Counted from the first letter of the stretch, positions 50,195 through 64,000 are shown. The stretch: 64,000 nt of DNA from Octopus sinensis (GCF_006345805.1 NC_043017.1:8246001-8310000), one strand, 5' to 3'. Notes: generated from the sequence alone by a model not told the origin. Numbers and translations are program-made.

Positions 50195-50227
<33 letters not shown>

Positions 50228-50430
50228 TTGTGTGTCTGTGTTTGTCTCCCTAGCATTGCTTGACAACCGATGCTGGTGTGTTTACGTCCCCGTCACTTAG
50301 CGGTTCGGCAAAAGAGATCGATAGAATAAGTACTGGGCTTACAAAAGAATAAGTCCTGGGGTCGATTTGCTCGACTAAAGGTGGTGCTCCAGCATGGCCG
50401 CAGTCAAATGACTGAAACAAGTAAAAGAGT
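50026..50430 (+). mobile_element. OK-like SINE, full length, head-to-tail after an older copy (~49320-50024)
   Basis: Near-identical to the reverse complement of 3670-4070. Confidence 0.88.
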
Positions 50431-50994
50431 ATATATAATGATACTGCCCAAGTATTTATCATCATCATCATCTTCATCATTACTATTATTATTAATATTA
50501 AGGTGGTGAGCTGGCAGAATTGGTAGCACGCTGAATGAAGTGCTTAGCAGTATTTTGCCCATTGCTACGTTCTGAGGTTGACTTTGCCTTTCATCCTTTT
50601 GAGATTGATTAAATAGGTACCAGTTACGCACTACGGTCGATGTAATCGACTTAACCCCTTCACCCAAATTTGGGGCCTTGTGCTTCCAGTAGAAACGATT
50701 ATTATATGTATGCTTGTATATATATTCATTCATGCATGTATACATGGTGTGTGTGTGTTCATGCGTACATGACAATTGTAAATGAGCGTCACTGTCATAC
50801 AAGTGGTGTTGTTTGTTCCGAATCTTCTGTGAGAAAAAAATAAACATATCTGGCCATGGGGAAAATATAACCTTTCCTTCCTTGGAAACAGGGAAATGTT
50901 TTGGGGTCACTGAAAGGGCATCTGGCTTTAGAAAATCTGCTTCAGTAAATTCTGTCCTGAACTATTATGCAAGCAAGGAAAAAATGGAGGTTAA

Positions 50995-51222
50995 GGTGAT
51001 GATGACAACAATGATGGTGGTGGTGGTGGCGATGGTGGTGGTGGTGGTGGTGGTGGTGATGTTGATGGTGGTGGTGGTGGTGGTGGTGGTGGTGGTGATG
51101 TTGATGGTGATGGTGGTGGTGGTGATGGTGGTGGTGGTGGTGGTGGTGATGTTGATGGTGGTGGTGGTGATGTTGATGAAGGTGGTGGTAGTGGTAGTGG
51201 TAGTGGTATGGTGGTGGTGGTA
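50995..51222. repeat. (GGT/GAT)n trinucleotide array
   Basis: Simple repeat. Confidence 0.9.
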
Positions 51223-51377
51223 ATATGCCCTTGCTGGAGCCATTTTCATTAAATAGACAAGCATGCATTGTGCCTGCACACATGCATGTGCATACATATT
51301 TTGATGTGCAACGATTAGCAAGTGATGCATTCTGTACTGTGAATTAGCACGTTGATTGAGGAACAGGCTAAAAGGGG

Positions 51378-51413
<36 letters not shown>

Positions 51414-51499
51414 ATGGGACTGTGAGCTCCTGGTGTAACAGCAAAACTGGTCAGACTACATAGTGTAAAATGAATCATCAGATAAAATAGTGTGTGATG

Positions 51500-51865
51500 T
51501 GTTTGAATATGTTAGTGTGTGTGTTTGAATATGTTAGTGTGTGTGTTTGAATATGTATGTGTGTGTGTTTGAATATGTGTGCGTGTGTTTGAATATGTTA
51601 GTGTGTGTGTTTGAATATGTTAGTGTGTGTGTTTGAATATGTTAGTGTGTATATTTGAATATATGTGTGTGTGTGTTTGAATATATGTGTGTGTGTGTTT
51701 GAATGTATGTGTGTGTGTTTGAATATATGTGTGTGTGTTTGAATATGTTAGTGTGTGTGTTTGAATATGTTAGTGTGTGTGTTTGAATATGTGTGTGTGT
51801 TTGAATATATGTGTGTGTGTGTTTGAATATGTGTGTGTGTGTTTGAATGTGTGTGTGTGTGAATG
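51500..51865. repeat. Minisatellite: GTTTGAATAT(GTTA) + variable (GT)n
   Basis: Tandem ~20-22-nt units. Confidence 0.92.
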
Positions 51866-52030
51866 TGTAAGAATATATTGGTATATTAATGTATATGTGA
51901 ATGTATGTGTATGTCTGTAAATATATGTGAATGCATGTGAGTGTGTGTGAATATGTTGTTGCTGTGTGTGTGTGTGTGAGCCATGTGGATACAAATGTGT
52001 GTGTATATGTGTGTGGGTATGTATATGTAT

Positions 52031-52094
<64 letters not shown>

Positions 52095-52095
<1 letters not shown>

Positions 52096-52216
52096 AGGAG
52101 CGGGCCAAAAGTCACGCACTGAGATTAAAATTCAATATATGTATATATTGCACATTTCAAAAGCAACACTTTATAAATAAAATATGTTTTGGTGCGTGAC
52201 TTTTGGCCCACCCTGT
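52095..52216. mobile_element. Tc1/mariner-type MITE
   Basis: Perfect 18-bp inverted repeats gggccaaaagtcacgcac (52102-52119) and gtgcgtgacttttggccc (52192-52209); microsatellite flanks. Confidence 0.85.
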
Positions 52217-53854
52217 GTGTGTGTGTGTGTGGTGTGTGTGTGTGTGTGTGTATGTGTGAATGTTAGTGCATGTTTGTCTATATGTGAAGTGTGTGTTTGT
52301 GATATGCCTACATGTAAGTGTGGGTCTAAGTGTGTGTGCACATGTGTGTGGTGTGTGTGTGTGTGTGTGTGTATACATGCTTATGCGTGGTTCTATGAAT
52401 GTATTGTGTGTCTGTGCGCGTGTGTGATATCAAGATTAAATATATGTTTGTTGTACTCTGTCTTGAAACACAACCATGAAATTGGTGGTGGTAGTAGCGG
52501 TGGCCGTGGCGGAAGTAGTGATAGTGGTAGTGGTGGCGGTGGCGGTGATGGTGGTGGTGGTGGTGAGTGTCTAAGTAAATCATAAATCATGAATCGTAAA
52601 TCTTATTAAAAAAAGAAAAAGGCTAAGAAATTTGGGTGGAACAGAAGATACATTTATTTATTTAGTTGTTTATTTTATTCTGGTTGTTTTTTTTTTGTTT
52701 TACTTATTCTGTTTTTTTGTTTTTTTTTTTTTTTTTTCCTTCTGACTCAGTTTATTTTTCGTTTGTTAAAGAAATAACAGGAACAAACTTAATAAACAAA
52801 GTTTTCTGTTTTTTTTTTTAATGGAAAGAAAGAAAACGACAAACTGTCCATTAATAATTTCTTCAAAGATGGGGGTAGAAAAAAAAGAACATCTGACATA
52901 CGCACATACACATACACACACTTTTACACACCTTCATACAAACATACTCACATCTTCATACACACACACACCTTCATACAAACATACACATATACACAAA
53001 TAAACACATACATACACACATACATACCTACCTACATACATAAATACATAATACATTCATACATATACATACATGCATACATACATACATACATACATAC
53101 ATACATACATACATACATACATACATACAGACAGACAGACAGACAGACAGACAGGCATGACTGCGTAGTTAAGATGTTTGTTTTGCAAGCATGTCATTAT
53201 GGGTTCAGTCCCACAGCACAGCACCTTGTTCAAATGTCTTCTACTATAGCCCCAGGCAGAGCAATGCCCCATGAGTGAATGTAGTAGACAGAAACTTTGT
53301 GATCGCGAGGGAGTGAGGTCGATTCCTGGACCAGGCTGTGTTATGTTCTTGAGCAAGTCACTTTATTTAACATTGCTCCAGTTCACTGAGCTGTAGAAAT
53401 GAGTTGCAATGTCACTGGTGCCAAGCTGTATTGGCCCCTTTGCCTTTCCCTTGGATAACATCGGTGGTATGGAGAGGGGAGACTGCTATCCATGGGCAAC
53501 TGCTGGCTTTCCGTAAACAACCCTGTTCAGACATCTGCCTCGGAGGGGTTTCTAGGTGCATCTCATGGCCCCTCATAACCAAAGGGGTCATTACCCTCTA
53601 TATATTACAGGAGCATAGTTTGCACAAAATATTGTCTAATATATATAAATACTTTTCTTTTTTTTCTTTTTTTAAGCCAAAATAATACAATTTATAAAAA
53701 TAATACAGGTCAATGGTTTCATCTGGAATTTCAATATGTCAGGGTTAGCACTTCATCTTCAAGAAATCTGTGGAGAAAAGGAGTTATAGCTGATTTCTTT
53801 GTCCTGCACTGTGCGTGTGTGTGTGTGTGTGTGAGTGTGTGTGTGTGTTAACCC

Positions 53855-54103
53855 TGGGTTAACAGTGGACTATAGTTTTGAGTTTAACATTCAAATTAAA
53901 GAAATTTATTTATATACCTTGAACTTCGAATGGCTGAATAAGGCTGAATAAGGCAATATTTTAAAATTATACATATTTCTCATAAATATGCAGAGATAGT
54001 GCTAATGAGAGTAATACATGGCAAATTTAAATTAAATCAATTTTTGAAATTAATTTATTTAATTTGAGCATCAAACTCAAAACTATAGCTCACTGTTAAC
54101 CCA
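53855..54103. mobile_element. MITE with ~31-bp TIRs
   Basis: tgggttaacagtggactatagttttgagttt / aaactcaaaactatagctcactgttaaccca. Confidence 0.75.
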
Positions 54104-54319
54104 CTGAAGTTCTGAAATACACTTTTATTCATCTTGCCTGCTTTTACAGCTGTTTCGTATCAAGGCAAATTCTTTTATTGTTTTATATGTTTCAGCCTTA
54201 AGGCTGCAGCTGGGGCACTGCCAATAAAATATGAACAACTTTCCTTGATTTTGGAACCTTATTGTGTTTCAAAACATCTATTTTTCAACATGTAAGGAAG
54301 TAGTTTTCTATCTTCCTCT

Positions 54320-54357
<38 letters not shown>

Positions 54358-54435
54358 CATTTTTGTTGCCTTGGCAAGAAGCATGTAGAATCTTTTGGAA
54401 AGAATGTTTATACTTTTTTATCCTCTAACTTTTTG

Positions 54436-54506
<71 letters not shown>

Positions 54507-54781
54507 GTGCATGTACATAAAAAATAGTGGTATAACAATTGGATTGCAATATCATTTATAATATAATTTTTATATGTGCATGTATATATATGTATATACA
54601 TATATATGTATATAAATGTGTGTATATGCATGTATATATATTTATGTATGTATGTTATAGGTATCTCTCTATATGTGTTTGTGTATGAATATATGTGTGT
54701 GTGAGTGTGAATGTATATAGGTGTGTGCATTTATAAATATGTATATGCATATGTATGTATGTGTGTATGTGTGTATATATA

Positions 54782-54817
<36 letters not shown>

Positions 54818-55288
54818 TGTATGTATGAATCTTAAAAAAAATTTGATGTTATTTCCTTGAACAGCTTCATATTCCACAATTCCACAATTCTACAATTCCA
54901 TGATTCCATGATTCCAACAAGTAAATATAAAGATTAAAAGAAAAAAATAAGGATTCCAAGAATTGTAATCAAATGTGCTTTGAAGTGGTTGAAGAAATAT
55001 TGGAAACGAAGACAGAAATAAGAGAAAAAAGTTGAAAAGTAAAAGATGAAACTTTATGAAAGAAAGGGATGCCAGGAAGAAATTCTGGTTGGAAATAGAG
55101 TAATCTGAAGCTAATCATATTGGAGGGCAAGGTGAAAAGTTTTCTCTTGTCTGTGATATTTTTTTGTACAAGAGACGAGGAGAAAGGAATTTGGTTGATT
55201 TATGTGACAAAGAGTTTGTAAAGGAAAAAAAAAAGTGGCTTGATAACATCATGTTGTTATCTGTGTATGATATATATATATATATGAA

Positions 55289-55319
<31 letters not shown>

Positions 55320-55343
55320 GAATGTGTGTGTGTATGTGTGGTG

Positions 55344-55377
<34 letters not shown>

Positions 55378-55399
55378 ATAATATATATATATATGAATG

Positions 55400-55568
55400 T
55401 GTCTACACATACACATACATGCATGCATAAATACATACACACATACATACATACATACATACATGCATACATACATACATAATACATACATACATACATA
55501 CGTGCATACATACATAACACATACTTATATACATACATACATACCTACATACATACATAATGCATACA

Positions 55569-55602
<34 letters not shown>

Positions 55603-55670
55603 ATACATACATATATACATACATACATAACACATACTTATATACATACATACATACATACATACATACA
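55400..55670. repeat. (CATA)n tetranucleotide array
   Basis: Simple repeat. Confidence 0.9.
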
Positions 55671-55674
55671 TGAC

Positions 55675-55990
55675 CGACAAAGCACAACTGTGTTGAGTGA
55701 AAAGTTAGGCATAAGAGAGATTAAAGGTAGTATGAAGGAAAGGAGACTGCATTGGTTTGGACATGTGATGGGTATGAGTGAAGACAGCTGTATACAAAAG
55801 TGCCTGTCGCTGAAAGTGGATGGTACCTGTGGAAGAGGGAGACCCAGGAAGACATGGGACGAAGTGGTGAGGACTGATCTTAGGATGCTGGGGCTCATGG
55901 AGGAAATGACAGTAGACCAAGATGTTTGGTGATATGAGGTCCTAGGGAAGACCCGTCCATGAAACTGAGCACTAGAAGAGTTGTGTCCCA
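55675..55990 (+). mobile_element. RTE LINE ORF2 C-terminal fragment
   Basis: RRLHWFGHVMGM...[13 protein letters not shown]. Confidence 0.85.
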
Positions 55991-57635
55991 CCCACATGTA
56001 ACAACACATTTTTCACCCTCTCTACCCCAAGAAATCAAACTACAAGGAGAAAACTAAATCCTGTAAAGTACATGGATTGACGGCATCAATTAGCCACTTC
56101 CCCCTCAAATTGCTGGCCTTGTGCTGAAACCAGAAAGGAATTATTGATTATTATTACCACATTTGAAGGCATATAAGACGTACTTTATTAAAAAAAAAAG
56201 AAACAGATCTCAAAAAATCACCCCAGGTCCTCTATGTGAAATTGGGGGCCGACATTACATGCTAAAAACATTATTTCTGAATATGCATTGCTGAAATTGA
56301 AGTGCATCTAATATACCCATGTGTCTTTTATGCTATCAAGTACAGTATTTATCCTACAGATGAAAAGCAAAGTTGATCTTGGCCGGATATGATTTAAGAA
56401 CATTGAACAAAAAGATAACCGAATGCTTAACAAGATTAAAGACATGTATCTGACATGTCTCTTAGAGCTAGTTCTCTGATGCTGTGATTTAATTCAAGAA
56501 AAAGAGGAAGGAAAAAACAAATGTGAGAAGAAAATGAAGACACGATGGGAAGAAAAACCTAAAGGTGAAAATGGCGGAAGATAATTGTCAGAAGACAGAT
56601 TGTTGTATGACAAAGGGAACAAAATAAATATTAGTTTATAAATTAGTTTCTTTCTGTTTTTTTATCTTTTGCAGATGATTTACAAGATATCAGAGAAGGA
56701 AGCAAAATGTTGTTGTTTTGGTTGTGATTGTTAAATTATATCTTTTTCCTTTTCTCAGTTCTTCTCTGCGTCTCTTCAGTATAGACATTGAACAAGAGAC
56801 TTGGAAAGAAGTGTGGTGGTACATACACCACAGAACGCTTCATGCAGTTTTCAATCCTTCTTGGCAGTAACCCCCTAAAAAGCAGCAACTGTATGGCAAT
56901 CTTTTTACCATCACCTTGTGAAGGCGTTTCGCCAAGTGGTTAGGATACTTGGCTCACAATCATGGTGGTGTGTTGTATCCTTGAGCAAGATGGCCAGCCT
57001 TGTTACATTCTCTATCACACTGAATCTCTCTGAGAACTATATTAAAGGTATGCCATAGAGGCCCTAAGTACTTCAAAGATTTTAGTTCCCCCATATATAT
57101 GTAATTCAAAATATAAACAATGAGAAACTATAAAATAAATTTTTACTTTCAAAATGAAATTAAACAAACAGTGGGATGGAAAATAATGTTTATTTTTGTA
57201 TACTTTCACTTAATATTTGAAAAGTTTTCACCAATTATTTTTTTAAATAGCAAAATCACAGATCAGATCTTCCCTATAACATCATGAACACTTTGGAATT
57301 ATATTTCTGATCCTAAAAACCAACTTTGAATATTAGTTTAGCAAGTTTTAAATGATTTCTTTTGTGCTGTAAGCCATTTACCATTTCTGTGGTGTCTCCC
57401 CACTTCTCCTGCTGCCCTAAATAAGTGCTTGTTTTCCTTAATGGTTATTTCAGTGCTGATTACTTAGCTGCATAGGACCGAAGAGTGTATTTGCTCTCAG
57501 TACATAATTCATTGACCATCTTGGCTGTGTCACTTATGTGCAGACTGAGCATTAGTCGTCCACCCAGCAGAGTGAGGCTAACCTCAACACAGCTTATCTA
57601 CCAATGGTCATATGAATTTGTGTCATATGAATTCG

Positions 57636-57867
57636 AAGGCGGCAGCTGACCGAAATGGTAGCGCGCCGGGTGAAATGCGTAGCCGTATTTCATCTGCCGT
57701 TACGTTCTGAGTTCAAATTCCGCCGAGGTCGACTTTGCCTTTCATCCTTTTGGGGTCGATAAATTAAGTACCAGTTATGCACTGGGGTCGATATAATCGA
57801 CTCAATCCGTTTGTCTGTCCTTGTTTGTCCCTTCTGTGTTTAGCCCCTTGTGGGCAGTAAAGAAACA
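57636..57867 (+). mobile_element. Octopus tRNA-derived SINE (OR2-like); antisense copy at ~24805-25035, partial copies at ~8385-8535 and ~50500-50700
   Basis: GGTTCAAATTCC-type B box, GCCTTTCATCCTTT...GGGGTCGAT core; target-site repeats ggtcatatgaatttg. Confidence 0.82.
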
Positions 57868-58801
57868 GGTCATATGAATTTGCGTAGGTTGTGAGGAGAA
57901 ATGAAGAAAGCTGCACAATTATTTGAGGTTACGAAGCTGCCCCAGTCTCACCCATACATGCACTAAATTTCTTAGCAACTGCTCTTATAGCAAAAAGAAT
58001 TCCCAAGATATCCAAGTGTTAACCACATACACTTGGGATCAAAGTGACTGTTCCAATGGCAAAAAGAATTCCTTGAGCAATAGGGGATAATACTGTAGCT
58101 TCAACTACACACACGTGGGTTCCGAGCAATAGGGCAAAAAAGAATTCCTAATAATATAGGTGAAGGTACCCTAGCATCGACCTCTTCATAAACTTTGCTT
58201 CTAAGTGACTGAGCTGATAGCAAAAGCATCTCCTGGGATGATAATGCATGTTAGATGCTGTGAACAGCTGGATACCCCACATTTCAAACACTGCCTTCAA
58301 GCTGTTATTTCATATCAGAATAGATCTGCAAAGGCAGCCCCGAGTCATAGAGCTAAGACTATAAAGAATTTATATACTGTCAAAAATAGTCCCCTGTTGC
58401 TTTAGCGATTGATATCTTTAATTTCTGCACGGTATAACAAGACATATTTGTTCAAGGAAATGAGATGCAACAAAAGGATTCAGCAGAGTGTTAGGAATTG
58501 GTGAGTGTATTTGTGAATATCTTGAAGGCTTATATCCAGTTTCTTATAGCAATGTAAAATATATAGTATATATATTTTTATATCTATGTGAAATATAAAA
58601 ATATTGTATATATATAAAATATGTATTTATATTATGTAATATATATTACATAATACATATATAAATGCGTGTAATATGTGTGTGTATATAAACACATATA
58701 TATATACATATATGTATAAACACATACATATACATAAATGCACATACACGCATGCATACGCACACACACACACACATACACAAGGGTTAAAAAACAGTTA
58801 T

Positions 58802-58945
58802 TTATGAGAAAAAAGTCAAAAAATTAAGTCGGCTTTTAGATGCTTTAAAACGTGGCATTCTCGCTGTTACAATCGATAGCAATTTCTTGTTCTTGTCTGG
58901 AAGTTTTCCGCATTCCTCATTCAACACGGAACCTTGCTCGGCACG
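58802..58945 (-). CDS. Candidate terminal exon of an unidentified - strand gene (RAEQGSVLNEECGKLPDKNKKLL...FLTFFS*)
   Basis: Long T tract + ccag| acceptor; 47 open codons then TAA. Confidence 0.35.
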   Translation of the reverse strand, partial: RAEQGSVLNEECGKLPDKNKKLLSIVTARMPRFKASKSRLNFLTFFS

Positions 58946-59042
58946 CTGGAAAAAAAACAAAACAAAAAAAACATTGGTACAGTAAACCCTGCCTCTTTTT
59001 CTTTCCCTTCTCTCTCACACTTCACTCAAATACAGAGTTTAC

Positions 59043-59204
59043 GAGGCACAACTTTTGGCAGATGATCAGGACACACACCAGTCCTTCTATATTTCGTTCA
59101 CCTTTTCTCCCCTGTTGATATAGAAATTCGATGATATTACACAAGAAACGTGAAAGAAAGGTGAAGATTTTTGATTGAACACGACTGAGTGGAGAGCTAA
59201 GGTG
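59043..59204 (-). CDS. Candidate penultimate exon (HLSSPLSRVQSK...LIICQKLCL)
   Basis: tcattgcag| acceptor, CTC|gtaaac donor, 162 nt phase 0 to 0; a 97-nt intron separates it from the exon at 58802-58945. Confidence 0.35.
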
Positions 59205-60016
59205 CTGCAATGATATGAAAAAAACTAAATTTCATCTTTTTCAATTCGAATTCTATAGCTCATCTCTTCCCCGCGTTAAATACAACCGGGAAAAATCTAT
59301 ATGACCAATGCACCAATGCTTTCCAGTTGTAACCACTCAGTCATTTCCCCCCAGATTAGTGTATTTTATTAATTAATTAATTAATTAATCAATCAATCAA
59401 TCAATCAATTAATGTATCCTCCCCTTATTTTTAAACGGTAGGATGCGAATTGAGACAGATTTAACTGCTATTTCTAGCAGCCTAAAAAATGTTACATAAA
59501 GGCTCCTCTTTCATAGATTGTTGTTTAGCGCCAAGTCGGCCCTCATCGTGCCGACTTATGATCTACGGTGTTTCTGTCCGTGACCATCCCAGCTTTCGAA
59601 GGATATTTAGGACTACATTATCCAATGTGTTCTTTATTTTTAGACAATAGGGTGTAACTAAAGGGAAATTTGGTTCCTATGTTTTGCAGACTGAGGCTCC
59701 CTCGTTTAGCTTACTGATAGAACATTCGCCTTCATCGCTGTTGCATTGTTGTGGCCCGGAGAGAAAACTGATTAGACAGATATTGATGAAAGGCATACCA
59801 GCCGTGACCCACCCGTTTATTATTTTTTTTAATTCAAGGCTTTGTGTTTCTCAAACTACATTATCCAACGCGTCCTTCTTTTTCTTTTTCTTTTTCTTTT
59901 TTAATAAAAGATGTGAAGTAAAATTCGGTTGAGATTTGGCTGCTATTTCTAACAGAATTGAGCTATCACATATAGGCTCCACGATTGATATTTATACAGT
60001 AGTAAGGACAACAACG

Positions 60017-60052
<36 letters not shown>

Positions 60053-60053
60053 G

Positions 60054-60104
<51 letters not shown>

Positions 60105-61044
60105 CTTATATTTGCCACCAGGGAGACGGATGAGGGGGGCAATACAAAAACGAACATAGTGTGAGAATTTACAGAGAATTGAATGATTAAAAAAAATAAA
60201 ATAAAATGAATAAATAACACGAGTTTACATGGTGTATATAGCGATAAACAGTACGTAACAAAACCTTCGCAACACGGTGGTGGGTGAACGTAAATTTTAA
60301 TAACAATCAACTTTGCTACGTGCGCGAACACTAGATCTTTTCGTTTACATTGGTGTGTGTTGTAAGGAGGGGGTGGTGGTGGTGATAGTCACAACAGGTG
60401 CTGCTACTGCTCTTGTTGTTGTGGTTGTGGTTGTTCTGCTACTGCTGCCGTGTAGCAGACACTTGCAGAACTCTTACATTATTAACCGTTTGGCTTTCTC
60501 ACGATGCAACATATATCTAAGTATACATATACATATATTCACTCACCACACACCACATGCAGATACCGTATATACAAACAAGATATTAATATATAGAGAT
60601 GTAAGATATAGACATATATATATATATCCTTATGTATTTATATAATCGCGCGGCAGAGGTACACACAGATATACTAACACATTGTAGCATACAAACATAT
60701 ATATATATATATATACACACATATTGAAACATACATGTGTACTAACACACTGATATAAATATATATTAATACACTGAGGCATACTAACACACATAGACGA
60801 GGTATTCATACACACAATAACACAAGACATACATACATACATACATACGTACGTACGTACTGAGGCATACATACAACTTCACGGATGCATGCACATGCCC
60901 CCACTTCTGTTGCACGCACACACACGTGATCTGTCAAGCACATACACGCTCTCATTGATTCCCTATTTTTTTATATAATATACACAGACACTATTTCTTC
61001 TTTCTTTCTCTCTCGAATACACCCCATACACGCATACATTTGCA

Positions 61045-61082
<38 letters not shown>

Positions 61083-64000
61083 TACTTTGTCTCCCATACA
61101 CACACACATTCCTATTAATACATGTTCTCTTTCGTTCCCACAACACACACCATTTCGTTGGTTATTTCACTTTCTCTCTCTAACATAAACACACACTCGC
61201 ACGCACACAGATCACTTCTGTTACGTTCTCCCCTCCAGACACATGCCTATAGACACACATAAATAAGTACACATATATATATACACACACACTGTGATGA
61301 TCCTCACTTATCACACATGATAATAATTGCAGCACACCCTAGACATTACGCAGACACAGCGCCAATATCTGTGTGTTCCCGATAAATAATCCTCCCCCTG
61401 TCAGTTAGGTCGTCCGTCTCATTCTTGACTTATACCTCTTACATTTATTCAAACTAAATATATAACTACTACCATCGATATATCTTTATCTACTTACAGA
61501 AGATAATAGCACCGCACATTAACCCGAAGTACAAAATACCACCCTCCGGAATCCTCGTGCCGTTACAACACTTCGGTGGTCTCAATGAAAATGTGACATT
61601 TCCTGTTTCTTCGATAGAAAATCGAACCGAATCGAAAATTACAAAGGGTTCATTCGCACATTACTCGCTTTTCGCTCGGTGTCTTTTGACTGCTTTTATC
61701 CACAGAATATCTTCCTTTGTGAGTATAATAATGAGTTAGTGAGTATATGTAGATATGTATACCTATATATATGACGGAGTTGTGCTGTGGTGTTCATTCT
61801 GATATGTGAAAACAAAAAAAACGACAAGGGGGGGAAATAAGGAATTGATAATGATGATAATGGTGATGCTGATAATGATGATGATCATATTTGGAGTACC
61901 GAATTACCGCTCACTAGCAACGATGTTTAACTCCTGGGAGTATTACAACAACAAGTGGCCACTAAACAACAACAACACCAACGATACCAATACCAATACT
62001 ATTATTTCTACTACAACTACAGTATTTAACGAGGTAAGATGAAGAACTCTACAATATTCAATGAAAACTACTACTACTACTAATAAATTCTGATTCAGTT
62101 CAAATGTTTCTTTTTCCCTCTCTTTCTGTCTCTGATTCTTCAAAATCTTTATCATTTTGTTTCCTAGTCAGACATCTCTTTATTTTCTTTCTCACTTTCC
62201 ACTTTTGTAATATATTTCTTTTTCTTTCATCTTTTCTATCCTTTTCCCCCAGTAATCTTTCTTTCTCTCTTTCTCATTCTTCTCTTTCTTTCTGTTGCTT
62301 CTTCACTTTTCAATCTTTCCTTTCTCTCTCAGTGTTCCATCCTATGTATATTTTTATTCTTTTCAATCTCATTCTCTTTGTCTCTCTTGTTCTTCCTCTG
62401 TCATTTCCTTCTTTTTATCTCTCTCTTTCATTCATTCACTCTCTCTCTCTTTCGTTCTTCCTTTGTGTCTTTCAATTCTTTGTATTTCTCGTTCTTCCTC
62501 TCTTTCTCTTCCTATGGGTCTCTTTTTGTTTTCCCTCCCTCTTTCATTTTTCCTCTCCCCCTTCGCTCTCCCCACCTCCAATCTTGTTTCATTCAATATT
62601 TTCCCATTCTCACACTCTTTTGGTTTTCTATTGTCTTCATAGCTGATGTGAAACTGTCTGTATATACCATGTCTTCTATATACACATGCTACAATGTCTC
62701 GACTTAAGACTGACTCAAACTGTTGTAAATGGACAACCGAAGCCTTCTCATGCAGATTGGTAAACAGACTGGCAGACACTCTGACTGAGGGATAGATGAA
62801 CTGAAAGACGGTGACAGACAGACTGACTCTTAGATAGACAGGTTGAAAGACAGCAAGAGATAAACAGATAGACTGTGAGCGAAAGATAGAGAGATTAGTT
62901 GACTGAAAGATAGTAACTAAGGAATTGATAGATAGACTCAAATACAACGTGAGATGGACTGACATATTGATAGACAGATCAACTTAGACAGTAATAGATA
63001 TAGAGATAGGCAGCGATAGACTGAAAAACATCAGTAGATAGATAGATAGATAGGTAGGCAAGCAAGCAGACGGATAAACAAGCTGATAGATAGATAGATT
63101 TGACAGACAGACCAAAAGACATAGACATAAAATCAGATATATCTAGATAGCCAGATGCAGTTAGACATACAGATGCGGAGTCAGACAAATGTAGGCAAAC
63201 AGATGAACAGTCAGATGGTTATATGTGTACTATAAAAACAATTTGTGTTTCAAAATCTCATTGAGAGAGAGAGAGAGAGAGAGTATGAAAAAGAGAGAGT
63301 GAAAAGGAGAGTGAGTAAATGAGAAAGAGAGGGCGTGACTGAGAAAAAGGGAAAAAGTGAGTGTTAAAGAGAGAGAGAGAGAGAGACAGAGTAACAAACA
63401 GTGAATGAGAGAGAGAGAGACAATGAGTGAATGTTAAAGAGAGAGAGAGAGAGAGTGTGCGGGGAAGAGAAAGAAAAAAAAGAGTGAGTATGTGGGAAAG
63501 AGAGGGATATCAACTTTTGTTTCAATGAAAATTTCATTCTCCTCCAGTCGTCTGAAGAGAGAAAAATTCAGGAAGACATTTCCTCGCTTCTCTCTTTGTT
63601 CTCGATGTAGGAAAAATTTATAAAATAAAATAAAACTGTTTGAAAAAAAAAAATTGATGACTTAATTTTTAAAAAAAATGTTTTTCTATGCCTTGTTTTA
63701 CCCCCAATTCCTCATTTTTTAAAAAGGAGCCACTCCAATGTTTTTCACTTCTTAAATCTCCTTTCACCCTGATAATCCATAATACCGGTTTATCTATCCG
63801 TATCAGCAGATATTTGATTATCTTTACCCATTCTCTTTATTCTTTACCACGATTTTGTATTTCTTTAACATTTTGCAGCTTCATTTATTATTATTATTAT
63901 TAATATTATTATTATTATTATTAATATTATTATTATTATTATTATCATTATTGTTGTTGTTGTTGTTTAAGGCTGGGAGTGAGGAAGGATATTTCTTTGA

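Noticed and set aside
56560-56760. AAAATGGCGG start-like motif and a tttgcag acceptor
   Set aside because: Frames close within about 20 codons and there is no supporting exon chain
62104-62965. F/L/S-rich 109-180-aa ORFs
   Set aside because: CT-rich and GATA/GACA low-complexity DNA

Overview
AT-rich, repeat-dense eukaryotic genomic DNA, almost certainly Octopus, judging from tRNA-derived SINEs resembling OK/OR1/OR2, (CAT)n-tailed RTE LINE 3' ends and abundant (TA)n/(CA)n. It contains a complete 14-coding-exon KANSL3 (NSL3/Rcd1) gene on the + strand (ATG 10151 to TGA 43333; 3414 nt, 1137 aa by my exon assembly). A probable unidentified spliced gene runs divergently from the same promoter region (- strand, ~9876 leftwards), and there are weaker exon candidates near 58.8-61.7 kb. 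Most ORF-track entries are microsatellite or repeat artefacts. The most notable non-gene signal is a set of small (TA)n-flanked, Penelope-like elements carrying minimal type I hammerhead-ribozyme folds: three hammerheads, two with non-canonical core bases, and two different hammerheads joined to the same 84-nt 3' module. One of these elements directly abuts a ~1.1-kb near-perfect palindrome with nested hairpins. All identifications are by eye and from memory; no database search or folding calculation was run.
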